Below are positions 43,840 to 57,587 of a stretch of DNA of 64,000 nucleotides, one piece after another; position 1 is the stretch's first letter, and every line of letters begins with the position of its first letter. Made by a program: the position numbers and the translations under genes. Source of the stretch: the human T2T-CHM13v2.0 reference genome, Homo sapiens; assembly GCF_009914755.1 (NCBI RefSeq), contig NC_060939.1; one strand, given 5' to 3'. The notes below the pieces were generated by a model. It did not search any database. It saw nothing but the letters and a program-made list of their open reading frames with translations, and was not told the DNA's origin.

Positions 43840-44641
43840 GTGAGTCACGCACACCTGCTCTCCCTGTGGCCATAGTGTCTGTGCATTCTGAGAGAGGGTA
43901 GATTTTAGTGGCATGGGGCGGGGTTGAAAAGGGGACAGTTCAGATGCTCAAAAGCCAAACTGCCATCCTTTTCACCAGCTCCGCTTGCTAAGAGCACTCA
44001 TGCAGCGAACATTAAGAACCCACTCTGTGTGGCACGTGTGCAGAAGCAGAGAGCATGGGTTTCATTTTCAAGGCATTATCCGATCGAGGAACTGGAGCTC
44101 ACCCCTCAATGAAGTAATTCAAGTCCTCCTTGCCTTTCTGGGCCTAGAGTAGTCATTGGTAACAGCTAGCATTTGGTGATTTAACCCTCAAATGACTGTA
44201 TGAAGTTGGCACTGCTAACCCCAAGAGAAGTGAGGAAACTGAGGCTCACAGAGGCTAACTAATGTGCCAGCGGCCACAGAGCCTGCGGCTGAATTCCACT
44301 AAATGCCTCCCTGTTCATGTACCACTTTTTCCCCTGAATCCTTCTCTTTAGGATTGATCTCTCCTTTCTGTGTGGGAGGTTAAAGAAAAAGTACATTTTC
44401 CTGGCCTCTTCATAAATTCTAGTGATTATTTAAAAGTTAAAGGGAGCATTAGGCAGTGAAGGATATCACTTAAGAACCTTATTAACCAAATTTGTTCAGA
44501 AACCCCGGTGCGCAGAAGAGTTAATTGCCCATAAGCCCCAGTCGCCTGTTTGCATTACAGAAGACTTTGGGATGGGGAGGAAGTTCAATGAAAGGAGCAG
44601 TTTTTCTGAATTTTTTTCATTCTTGGTTTTCACATTTCCAG

Positions 44642-44691
44642 ATGGTCCCGCGTCAGAAGTATCAGCAGAGGGTGAAGAGATCTTCTGCTGA
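44642..44691 (+). CDS. AKAP13: AKAP13 last coding exon (DGPASEVSAEGEEIFC*)
   Basis: ttccag acceptor, TGA at 44689-44691. Confidence 0.95.
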
Positions 44692-47600
44692 CCCTCTTCC
44701 TCTCTGCTGAGGCAGCTGCCTCCTGATCCTGGCCAGCCCACCTCTCCTGCTGTCCCCGCGTGCACAAGTCTCTTACACTGGACGCCCACTGCTCCTCAGC
44801 GTCCAGTCCTCCTGGGCGGCCCCAGGTCCTGGACAATAAGCAACAGATGATATTGAGTGTCGGGTGGGGAAGGAGGCCCAGACTCTGCTTCGGCCATGAT
44901 TTGTGACTGCCCAGGACTCTCAGGTTGGGCTGGCCCTACTCAGGATTACACTGAAAGTAATGGCCTCGTAAGTACAGGTGATGGTTTTGGACACGTCAGG
45001 AATTCCTAAAGGCTGAAAGAGTGTATCCAAGTAAGGTCTGAACCTCCGACTGCCTTTTATTTGGGGGAACACAAAACCAAACAGCAGATGTTTTGGACTT
45101 GATCTGTGTACGTACATGGGGACCTGTCTGCATATACACACGGGGAATGCCAGAAGAAGGCCCAGTCTGCACCAGGCGTCTGGTCAACTTAGCACAAGGG
45201 CAGTGCCTGGACGGACCCGGAGCCCCCGCATATCAGCAGTTCACCCAGTACTCCTCAGAGACTGGTTTCCCTCTAAACCCATCCCGGGCACATACCACCC
45301 GTGTTTTGCATGTATTTCTCATTTCATTTTAGGGATGACAAACATTTGTGAAACCAGTGAGAGAAGGCTTGATGTGTATAAAAGACGTGATGTGCACCAC
45401 CTCGATCTCGGTGTTTCAGGCACTAAAGCAACAAAACAACCCATAGTATCTCATTCTGTCATCAGATCCAGAAGAAATATCCTGGTTTTCCAGCATGTTT
45501 ACCCACATGTTTTGGGCATGGATAAAGTGAAGAGGCCTACTCACCATTATCCCTGCAGCGTGACACCTTTTGATTGTCACTGACCACTCAGAAGGGGCCA
45601 CGGCCTCCTGGCTGTGTTCCTGAGCCCCCGTCGTGCCTCTCCCAGACAGCAGCTGTCTGGCCCTTGCTGGGTGAGGGCACACCACTGCCAGGGGTCAGCC
45701 TCGCACCCAGGCCAGGCAGAAGCTGTGCTCTGAAGCTAGGACAGCTGGCTGAGAAGTGGGTTCAGGCGAAGGGTGAAGCCATGTGTAGCAGTTCCTGCCA
45801 GTGCAGATCTGGAGAGGAGCTGGCCCGGAAGGCGTGGTTGTGAAAGCGCCCTTCTTATGTTAGGAGGCCTTGGCAAAATTGGATTTCTTCAAAAATACAT
45901 GTAAAGGTCTGTTGTTGAATTGTACTCTGCCCCTGGAAGCAGATACAGATGGCTGCCTGCTGCTCGGCTTTGCTTTTGCTTTTCCCACCGTGTTTTCATC
46001 TTTGTTCACTTGAGGCTTTCCCCAGCTGGTGTGTGCAGGACAGTTCATGGTAATGTTGCCCTCTGAGGCCCCGTACACCAGAAGGGAGGCCCTGGAAAAT
46101 TTTGTGCTTCCAACGTGGCCTTCAATTCTTGCTTTTTTGCCCCTCGGAAGCATGGGGCTTTTGAGCACACTTAAAAAAAGAAAAATCTGTAACTTGGTGC
46201 TTATTGATGAATTGCAAGCTGGCCTTGCAGATGGAGATATTTATCTTTCAGTTTATTTGAAAGAGGTCTGGTTTAAAATTTGTAGCCTACATTTGTTTTA
46301 TTTATTGTATTTGTGTGTTTGTGTTTGTTTTTTTTTAAGGGTGAGCCAGGTCTAGCCCAACAGTCTAAACTATCCAGTCAATACCGAGTGAAGTGGCAGC
46401 CAGCACTGTTCACTCTGTGTCTTTTGAAGTGCCTTGAAGGCCCAGATGAAATTTTAAAGGGAGGGGGTCCATGTCCTTCCCTCCCCCACCCCGCCTCATT
46501 CTTTAATCAAAGGATGTCTTCTCCCTTGTTTGAGAATGAAGAAACTCGCCACCTCTGACCTACCTTTGCCTTTTTCTGTCATGGAGAATACTCACCCTTC
46601 AGAAACAGACCAAAGGCCAAAACCTGCTGATTTTTCTATTGAAAATATGTCCCCTTGCAAAGACCCTAAACAAAAAGTTAAGTTTCTTTCTTTCACCTAT
46701 TTGTACAACTCCAAGTTACAGCTGAATCTGTCGTGACTTTCCTGAGATCTACCCGGGGCTTGGCTGTCTGTTCTGGGCACTGGCTCCGAGTTCCCCTCCT
46801 GGGATTTGCAGGAGGGCAGTACTGAACCTGCATTCTTCTCCTTGTAAATGTAGGCCGGGTGCCCCTGTTCTCCGGGTTTGGAACAATACGAGGTTGGTGC
46901 TGATGGGATTTACTTGCGTACGTGCTCTTCACAAAAACACCGTGGATGCTGAAGTTAGAGCACGTCGCCACAGAGCTTGACATCAATGTTAGAGGGTCTC
47001 TTACTCCCCGCCCAGCTGTGATGTTTCATCTGCTTTGGTTGTTTTGGTGGTCTTTTTTAAAAATAGAGATTTCACATCTGCCCAGACCCCACTCAAAACG
47101 ATTTGGTCAGGTTCTGGTTGGACAAGTTTAAAATCAAAGTAGTGCCCGGAATTCCCTCAAACCACCCAACTTCATCCAGGAATACAGTCTGCAGTGCACC
47201 AACAGAACCGCTTACCAAGAACTGTGCTTACATACCTTTGTCATCTCTCTTCCCCCCTTGGAAGTTGTCCTCAGGGGGATTTGTTCCTGTCCTGGGGATT
47301 TACCTGGGATGGTGGCTGCCTGTGCTTTTGCTCATGGCCTTGACAGTGCTCTAGTTGCTGGATCTAATGGCCTGTCTTGGTTTCTATCAATCACATGAGA
47401 AGGGGTTGTTTTTTTGGGGTGACTCGGACTGAATTCCCCATACTGTTTCCACGCCGGGACACCATGTTCTCCATCAAGCTAAAGAAATCACGTGCCTGAA
47501 ACTGTGCTTAAGTTTTGGGGGAAAGATGGAGTTCCTATCCAGAGCCCCCAGATTTCCAGAATCGAGTGAGCTTCCTGGAAGGAGACTGCGTCTTCTCTCA

Positions 47601-49372
47601 ATTCCAGTCATCTCAGTCGTTGTCGTTAGGTGACATGTGCACTTTAAATGCTCTCATCGGTTGGCTTCATTTTCAAGACAATCAAATGTATTGACTGTGT
47701 TTTCTTCTTAGAAAATGGAGAGGGTTAAAAACATGCAAACTGCCACTTTCAACCTTTGCCAGTATTCCCTCTACCCCCGTGAGAGCTATCTGGGGGGAAG
47801 AATCCTTACCAAGGTTTTTTTGGAAAGGTACGAATCTTAACTTTTTTCCCCTTCTGTGTCTCAGGGTAATACTATTCAGAGTCGCCCCTTTGCTCATTTT
47901 CTCCCGTATTTGTTACCTTCCTGAGGCCTCAGTATTAGTCGTGAGCACAAAGTTTTGAGACCTTTGGCGTTGTTTCTTGATGTGGGAGGGGAGGTGTTAG
48001 TGCATGCAAGGGTTGAACTAGATAGACCCTGCCTTAGTAGAGGGTGGGACTATAACCTTAGAGGCCAGAACTTGATCCAGAAGTTGCTGTCCACAGAAGT
48101 GCTTTCTATTTCATCATTTTTGTTTCTAGGGCTCTTTTTCTGTAGCCAGGTCTTCCCAAGGATTTTAGTATTTGCATTGGAGTTGAGGTTTACTCTAATG
48201 ATGGTGGCCCAGCTGTGCCCAGAGGACAGCCAGGCAGGCCCTGGGAGGGAGTTTAGAAAGACAGTCCTGGTGAATGGGCTTCAAGTGGTCACAAAGAGGG
48301 TGGCTGTGAGGTGACCCCAGACACTGCAGAACGATGTGCACCCTCTGCGTTTTGGATGTCCTTGGAATGTGGGAGCCTAGAAATAACCCTGTGGATGGAA
48401 TTGGGGCAGCGGCTGCTGGAGATCTGTGCGCCTTGCCTTCCTTCAGCAGGACCGTCTAGGTGCGCAGCCACCTATGGATGCGTCCCAGCCAGCCCCGTCG
48501 CTCTCGTCCATCCTCAGAGACAAAGAAGAGGGCAGGGAGTTTGGGCTTGGTTTTGAACTTTCCTTTCAATGTAGCAAAGCATTCCTAGTTAACCAGAGCC
48601 TTGGAATCTACTGCCTGCTGGCCAGGCTTTAAAATGAAAAGTGTTTTAATGCTGCCATAAAAGGGAGGCGGGGGGGAGGAAGGGAAAATAAAGGCATCTT
48701 TCCAAGTACTCATCTAATTTAATTGTCAAAAGATTGATAGGCCATGAATTACTTCTCCATCTCACTAAGGGTTAAAGGCGTGCAACCCCCCACTGGCTGT
48801 GTCCCCTGCCACCGAAGTGAGTGACCTGCCCTACAACCAGGTGGGACCACCTGTGCTGCAGTCCGGAGGGGCTTCTGCAGGAAGCACTCACCCCCCACAC
48901 GTTCCCCGGCCTGAGCTTCCCCTACCTTTCGTCACCACCTGAGGGCATGAGCACAGGCCATGGGGCGTGCCTGGTGAGTCTGCCTGTGGTTCAGGCTTAG
49001 CCTGTGGTCTCCTGTGTGCTGCTGCCCGCATGGGATGCGCAGGGGAGGCGTGGGGATCCGCAGGAGGGTGGTTGGGATACACCGGATACCTCTGCTCTCA
49101 TTGCTTGTTTCCAAATGCTCTATGGACATTTGTGTGCTAAATCCTATTAAATAAAAAAGACGGGTTAAAACCCAGATGCTGTATATTCATTTGTAATTAT
49201 GTATAAAGTGAAGCAGTTTTAAACTGTAAAGATTTTTTTCAGTGTGTTTTCTCGAATTTTGCCACAACATACTGGCTTCGTATTTTATTTATCTTTCTTT
49301 CTAGTTACCAGCTTCAGACCCTTGTAAAGTCTCCCTCAGCCCTTTCAAAAAATAATAAATTTCCTGTGAAGT
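44692..49372 (+). other. AKAP13: AKAP13 long 3' UTR (~4.7 kb; end approximate)
   Basis: Follows the stop codon, no Alu seen, ends at AATAAA followed by GT-rich sequence. Confidence 0.8.
49354..49359 (+). terminator. AKAP13 distal polyadenylation signal AATAAA
   Basis: AATAAA with U-rich upstream sequence and GT-rich downstream element (gttctggttggtgctgtg). Confidence 0.75.
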
Positions 49373-50053
49373 TCTGGTTGGTGCTGTGACTTATTCCTAT
49401 TCCTGATTCCTGTAGAAGGGATACTCCCCATCCACCCCCATAGCTCTTGAGGAGACGCCTTATGCACCGAGCAGCTGCTGGGGACGCATTTCACTCTCTC
49501 GGAGTGGGACCCAAACCCAGAGAGTGACTGATCAGCCCTAAAGTCAAACAAACAGTTTATGCCAAGAGCCAAAACTTCCTATTTCCAGATAAATCAATAC
49601 AGTGAACAGGAACTTTGCTATAGAGCCTGCGACTTCCCTTAATGTTAGTTTCTCTCTCTTCGCTAACATTCTCCACCCCGTCCCACCCCCAAACTAGAGC
49701 AACTGCCAGAAACTAATTCAAGAAGAAAGATCCTCTCTGCTTGTAGCTCCCGGCTGATTCACTGGGTCTGATCCCGGAATGTCGGGGCTCCCCTGGAGAC
49801 ACACAGGGCTCCAGCTGTCACTGGCTCCACCAGCACAGCCTGTGCCTTCCATTTTTAGATTAGATTACTAGCTTCCTACTCTTCCAGGTCTGCGCTTTCT
49901 GGACCTATAGGAAGACCCTTAAGTCCAGCTGGGCCTTGGAGAACTGTGCCGCTCGCAGTAATGCAGAGAACCTGGGCAAAGCTGCCTGGAGTCCCCGCTC
50001 TGCCACTTCCCAGCTCCCCGCCCCTCCCTGACAGTCACCAAAAAGAAAGTCCT

Positions 50054-50607
<554 letters not shown>

Positions 50608-50889
50608 TCATCCACCCAGACACCCTCAGCAGGGCAAGAGGAGTGGTTCCCATGGCCTCCCTCCTCCGCTCTCCACCGCAACTGGTTCTGAGCCAGGGAC
50701 AGGCTCTGTCTGGGAGGCAAGAAGAGCGAGAAGATTCCATTCTCTTCCAGAACAGCAGAGACACAAAGCGCAGAGGGCCCCAAGAACACTAGACAGCCAT
50801 TCAGTAGGGGCTTAAGTCTCTGCCCACTCCTAACGGATGCTGCTGTGCCCAGAGCCTCTGCCACAGCACAGACTTGACCGCCAAGTGGC

Positions 50890-51108
50890 TCCTACGAAAG
50901 TGGCCATTTTCCGTTTGAAGGTCCCTCATCCCCAGGGAAAGCCCGTGGCCTAGGGGCGGCCACCTGTGAACTAGCAGGAGATGCTGTCTGCAGCCACAGC
51001 CCTGCCGGAAAAGAAGTGGGAGTCGCTGATGCTGCAAGACAGAGACCTAAACCGAAGTGTGGGGAGGACACTAGGAGGCCCCAAAAACCAAAAAGCCAGG
51101 GAGGAGCT
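50890..51108 (+). repeat. Inverted repeat, left arm (219 bp)
   Basis: Reverse complement of 52391-52609 with 6 mismatches. Confidence 0.96.
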
Positions 51109-52234
51109 TGGGAGGAGAGGAGGCATGCAGCGTGCAAGCCTTGCGATTTCCTTGGAAGCAGCCACAGAAGCAGAGGGCAGGCGAGCTGAGCTGCAGATTG
51201 TTAGACCTCAGACCTGGAACTCCCTGAACTCCCTGCCTGGGGGTGACAACCCCCTCATCCAGCCTCTGCACAGCAAGAAGTGCCTCCCCAAGCCCCCCAC
51301 CTCCCCGTCCCTGCCACAGTTCCTGTTCTTTGGAGTCTTCGGAGACTCCTTTGTCCTTAAAATTTGACTCTGTTTCTTCAGGGGCACAGTGGCAGATCAT
51401 CCAGAGGGTCCTGGAGCAGTCCAGTTCCAGCGCCGTCCTGCCACCCCTGTGGGTGTCCCCCCGGGCCAGAGAGGAGTGACAAGTGGGAGGAAGTGGCATG
51501 TGCCCTAAATGGGGAGGATGTGGGTCCCAGAGCCCCAGCAGCCTACCCCCTCCACCCCAGTTTGGGGCCCTCCCTTGCTGCCTGCCCGCCCCTGCCCCTT
51601 CCGCCATCCCCAGCTGCCTTTGGTATCCAAGTGACAGCCTGGGCCCTTCCCACCCCCGCTAAGGCCTCCTCCTTTCATATGGTAATGGCTTGCTCTACAC
51701 AGCCCTAGTCCCACAGATGTGTGGGCTACCCCTCTCTCCCCATGCCTTTGGGAAACTTTCTTCTTCCTGGGAAACAGAATCTGGACCCTGCCGAGGACAA
51801 GGACCCCGGAGGCCTCAGTGGGAGAGTTGTGGGGAGGGGGTCCTAACAGGGCTTCTTGGAATGGACCAGCTGGAAGCCAGCCTGCTTTTCTCTCCCTTCC
51901 TCCCTGGTCACTGCTTCCCTTTGAGCTGTCCCTGGACTTCCCACCCCACCCCCAGCTTCAGAGATTGAGGTGGCGGTTGCCTGGACAACCTCGGTTCTTC
52001 TCTGCGGTCCAAAGGAGAGGGCTGCTGGGCAAGTAAAGCAGGGCTGCCTGCCCTGAGGAGCCTGGAAGAGGGGCACACTGGGGTCCCCTCTGTCGTGGAG
52101 GAGTATGGACAGGGGCTGAGGGGGCCACGCGGAGGCCCCAGGATGGGCACAGACTCCAGGACTGCCGCTGGTAGCCGAGTGGCCAAGCTGTTAAACCTTT
52201 GTCTCCATTTCCTTTTTCAGAAGGGTCTGCAGAG

Positions 52235-52248
52235 TCTGCAGGTGGCGC
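52235..52248 (+). promoter_or_regulatory. Candidate CTCF motif TCTGCAGGTGGCGC
   Basis: By-eye match to CCASYAGRKGGCRS core. Confidence 0.4.
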
Positions 52249-52390
52249 GCACATTCGTCATGATGCTGAAGAGATGAGCAGAGTGCTTAGTCTGGGGCCC
52301 AGCGCACTCATCTGGAAGCATGTCAGCGGAGCCGCGGGACAGCTGCCACGGACGGCAGTGGCCCCGGATTCATGTCCCGAGTCTGAAGAG

Positions 52391-52609
52391 AGCTCCTCCC
52401 TGGCCTTTTGGTTTTTGGGGCCTCCTAGTGTCCTCCCCACACTTCGGTTTAGGTCTCTGTCTTGCAGCATCAGCGACTCCCACTTCTTTTCTGGCAGGGC
52501 TGTGGCTGCAGACAGCATCTCCAGCTAGTTCACAGGTGGCCGCCCCTAGGCCACGGGCTTTCCCTGGGGATGAAGGACCTTCAAATGGAAAATGGCCACT
52601 TTCATAGGA
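52391..52609 (-). repeat. Inverted repeat, right arm (219 bp)
   Basis: Reverse complement of 50890-51108; mirrored ORFs 50981+ and 52258-. Confidence 0.96.
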
Positions 52610-53364
52610 CTGTTTCAGGTTACAGGGTCACCCCTTCCTGTCCCTACCTTAGACTCCCAACCCCATCGCTGCACCTGGCCTGGCCTCCTCTGGAAGGAAG
52701 CTCAGATTTGGAGCCTCTGCCAGGGCAGGGAGCCTGTTGGAACCAGCCCAGGGCCAGCCGGCTCATTCCTGGAATTCCTACCTCCTCTCACTGCCCTGGG
52801 TTGGCACCAGGTGCTGAGTGGGCCTCAGGCCAACTGTGGGCATGGGCTCGATGCCGCTGCTTCCTCCTCCACATCAAGGCATCAGCCGTATCTCACCCCA
52901 AAAGGCAGAGAGGAAATCCAGCTAAGTCCCACGCCCAAGCTCTGTGCTGGCTTCTGGAGGGAAGACACAGCCACTGATCGGCACTTTTGGTTCATGTGTC
53001 CTCCTACAACAAATGCGAACAACCATATACCCTTCACATGGCTTATGTCTAGCTCTCAAACGGTATCACAAGTGTAACTGCTACAAAGTATATAATCTGG
53101 GGCATTATTTTCATGCTTCAAATATATTTAGGGCTAAAGCCTTAAGTTGTTCAACTTACAGAAAATACCCACCATGTGACCTCATTAGCAAAGCCAGTAC
53201 TTCTTGGCAAACTGATTGGCCAATTCAGAATTCAATTTCCATTAAAAAAGTTTGATTGCTTTTAAATTTAAATTAAAATGTTATTTAGTTGACAACTAAA
53301 AATTTTTAGTGACAACTATCTCACTTCTGAATTATGACTTAATAATGGGGAGGGAGGGAGGTAA

Positions 53365-53542
53365 GATGAATGAGTAGATGGGATGGATGGATGGATGGAT
53401 GGACAAGTGGATGGGTGGATGGGTGGATGAATGAATGGTGGGTAGGTTAATGAGTGGGTGCATGGGCAGGTGGATGGGTGAGTGGATGGGTGGGTAGATG
53501 GGTGGATGCATGGGTGGATGGACAGGCAGGTGAGCAGATGGA
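53365..53542. repeat. (GGAT/GGGT)n degenerate tetranucleotide repeat
   Basis: Seen directly. Confidence 0.92.
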
Positions 53543-54499
53543 CACACAAAGATATGGAATCTTGTCATGTGCTTGTCAATTGAATTCCAAAAGGCACTGC
53601 CCTGTTTAACAACCCTATGCTTTGCAATCCACCTTTCCCTCATGCTGCCCAACCTTAACACGTCCATTTGGTGCCCCAGATGTTTTTACACCCTGAGCAG
53701 TGCACCATAATGAGTTTCAGGAGGGGCGAGAGATAACTTTCTTTTGTGAAATGAAAGAAGGGTGATTGAGGAAGGAAGGGGGGAACAGGCATGGGCAGAG
53801 GCACGGTTCTGGGAAAGCGCATCCCCAGATCCCAGAGGAGTTCCTCAGGACTTGCCCAGCCTGGGGCCCCATCACAAAGCTCCTCTCTGTGGTGGAAGCC
53901 CTGTGTGCCAGACTACTTCCCCCCAAGGAAGGTGGCCCTGGTGTCTTCCTGCTCTTTCTCCATCACCACAAGCATTTGAAGCCCTGGCTTTTACCTGGGA
54001 AGCGAGAGAAACATCTCCTCACCCACTAGCCCTGACTCCAGCTCAGACAAGCCTGGACAAACGCAGCTCATGCCCAGTGACATTCTAGGTCGCCGGGGGA
54101 AGATCTGCTAAGCCATGGCCTGACCCTCCGGGCTCAGCATGCACTGAGCAAAGCACCCGACCAGAACACTCTTCTTTCAGTCATCACACTGAGGCTTGGA
54201 CCTGGGGGTGACTGTCCCCACCAACAACACAGGAAATCAATCTTCCTGGAGGTGATCAGCCTCCTGAAGAGAAAAGTCTGAAAATCAGGAAGTCACAAAG
54301 TTTTTTAAGACTCTGCACGCTTTCCAAGCAGAAGTTAAGGTCCTTTGAACCCTGTGATTGCAGTAACCATTTCTCTGGGGTGGCTCATACAATTCCAAGC
54401 CATGGAAGGAGGACAAAGCACTTGTGCCAACAGGAGGGACGACCCGCCTCTGTGAGGAACCTCCTGGTGGGCTCTGGGCTTCCTGGCAGCCACAGCTAA

Positions 54500-54919
<420 letters not shown>

Positions 54920-56227
54920 TGACAGAAATCTAGTAGCCTCTTTACCCGATTTAGTTCAATCCTTACAACAGGCAATATGATCTGTTTTTTTCTTTGTTAT
55001 CAATGAGGAAATGAAGTTACAGGAGCAGAGGGACCTTCCCAAGGAGGGCCACCAAGTAGAAGAAAAGCTGCTGTTTGCACCCAGCTGGCTTGACTGCAGT
55101 GTGGCCCCTCACGCTGCACAGCACAAACTGAGGACCCACGTCCTGAGGCTCAGCTGAGGGAGCCAAGCACATGGGCTGCAAAGATCTGGCCTTGATCCCG
55201 GAGCAGAGCTCACACTACTGCTGGGAGGAGGAGACAGGCATGGCAGGGACCTCGCAGGCCTACAGGAAAGGCAGCCACAGCTGGCAACACCAGCTTGGAG
55301 GGCAGACTGGGAGCTGAAACCCCGCCCCCCCACACCCCGGCCACCTCTCTCAGGCAAATGTCACAGCTGCATTTAACAGTGCTGGCTTTTCGGTATGGCC
55401 TCAACTCCCATTTTAAAAATCTCACTATTTTCCATGGGAAGTGGGGAGATGGAGAGAGGGAGAGACAGGACCTGCTCCTCGACAGTCTTGGATGAAGCCC
55501 TAGTTAGGGTTGTACAGATGAGAGACACAGAGTACCTCAACGTTCACTCTGCAGAGTGGACAGAAGCGGGGCCAGCTTCGAAAGCGTTGAGGAAGCTCAC
55601 AGGAGCCAATGTGAAGAAAGTGCGGCCATGGAGGAGTCATCCGTGGCACTCGCTCTCAGAGCCTGCATTTATCCTGCATGCACGTGTCAGGATGAGACTG
55701 TGCCATCCTGTTCCCTCTGCGGTCCCGACGCTGGTAGAGCCACCACAGGGTGGGCTTGGCAGGATGTGTCTCTTGCTCCCATCCTCCCTGGTTCCCCACC
55801 ATCCCTGCAAGCTGAGTGGAGAAGCTGTGATGAGTCTACCTGGAAATGGCTTTGGAGCCCTGGGTCCTGGCATGGAGCTGGTGCCCATCAGTAGAATTAC
55901 TTAATCTATCGTGCAACCCAGGAGTGTCTGGAAGCTTCTCTGCGTACCAGAGCAACGCTGCTCATCTCCTTTACCTGCAGAAAGGACAGGAAAGGAGTCC
56001 AGCCCTACTAAATTCAACTCAAAAAAGCCACTGCTCCCCTACTGCAAGCCCTCAGGGGCCCGAGCGCCAGGTGCCAAACCCAGGCCAACCCCAGGGCCAG
56101 AGCAAGGCCCCTCAGGTTCAGGGGGCCTGGGCAGCTGGGGCCAGACACACAGAAACTGCCAGAGCTTCTGCTGCCATGCTGAGCATGTTTCCTCAGCTTT
56201 AAAATGGTGACCTCAACAGTGACTGGG

Positions 56228-56293
56228 GCTAGGCAAGGTGGCTCTCACCTGTAATCCCAGCACTTTGGGAGGCCGAGGTGGGCGGATCACTTG
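56228..56293 (+). mobile_element. Alu 5' fragment (~65 bp)
   Basis: cctgtaatcccagcactttgggaggccgagg...gatcacttga. Confidence 0.85.
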
Positions 56294-57587
56294 ATCACTA
56301 ACCTCAGTCAGAGGTTAGTGAAAACAAAGGTGTCATTCTTCTCCCACCCAAGTGCATGGACCCCCTGAATTTGATCCCAAATCCCAAGTTAAGAAGCCTC
56401 CGGCCTATTCTAGGCTTTTCCTTGACCTTTAATGAGGCAGAGCCACATCCCAAAGCCCAACAAGGCAAGGGAAGATGCAGGACAATACTGTGCCCGTTCT
56501 GGGAAATTCACCCAAATCACCCTGGCTCCCTGGGCAGGGCCTGAACCTCTGCAGGTGCCATGGGCGGGCCAAGCTGCAGGTCAGGTAGGGTTGGGCCTGA
56601 GGGAAGAAGAGCAGCTGGGGGGCCGATCACCTTCATGGCCTCTTCAAGTTGGAAGAGACCATTCCCACCTCCTGAAGGAGAGAGGCCGGGCAGATCCATC
56701 GGGGCTGGGCCTGGGGCCGGGGCTGGGACATGATGGACGGGGCATGCAAGTTTCTTGCTCTGCGAAATATCCCCCCAGTGATGATCCAGAAGAACCAAGG
56801 CTCTTTCCAAGCTGTGCTCATTAGACAACTGCTTCTGAAGAAGTTGCTTCTTTCCCCACTATGATTCTACAGCCTTCGGTGTTGAGCAAGGGATGGTTGC
56901 CACACACCCTTGGGGTGGATGACTCTGGGCTCATTCTTGTCAATTCCTGACCAAAGAAATGTCCTTTGAAGGCAGGGAGACCTGGCTGAGCAGCCAGGTG
57001 GAGGAGGCAGTTGGCTACCCTCTCCTTGCCCTTGGCAACTTGACAGTCCCCCCAGGCAGGCTCTCAGGATGCCAAAGCCTCCAAGATGGCCCGTTTTCTT
57101 TCCTGCATCAGGCACAACCCAGGAAAGCTCCACTGGCCATCTTGGGACCGAGGTTTCCAGGGAGACCTTGCCCCATCACTGATGGGGAAGGCGCCTTCTC
57201 CCTTCCCCAAGCCCCATCCCAGACTCAGTCTGACCCCTGGGAGGCCAAGGAACATGGAGCTAGGCCTGCTGGGCAATGACTGGAAGCAACACTGCTCCCA
57301 GCCCCCAGCCCCCACAATGTAGCATATGGCTTGGTTTCAAATCCCAGTTCCACTGCTGTAATGTGGCGGCCATTCTCCCCCTGTAAAGGGCTATCTGGGC
57401 ATTGGTCCTGGTGTTTAGTGCTTTATAGAATTTGACCTCAACTTTTAACCCTACTATCATTAAGTCTGTATCAGAGAATCAAGTGGTTTAACCAAGCTTG
57501 TACATACATGAGAGCCACACGTGAGAGCTTGAACCCAAACTCAGGTGGGCCTAGCTCCAAATCCACATTCTGTCAGTTGCAACCGTG

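Noticed and set aside
51370-52230. Acceptor-like sites (tgtttcttcag at ~51381, cctttttcag at ~52220) suggesting an intergenic lncRNA
   Set aside because: No exon chain or promoter can be supported from sequence alone
50981-52528. Paired ORFs MLSAATALPEKKWESL... on opposite strands
   Set aside because: Mirror images produced by the inverted repeat; no recognisable domain
53286-53302. Short palindrome tttagttg-a-caactaaa (also ccatctatagatgg at 60706-60719)
   Set aside because: Short enough to arise by chance in 64 kb
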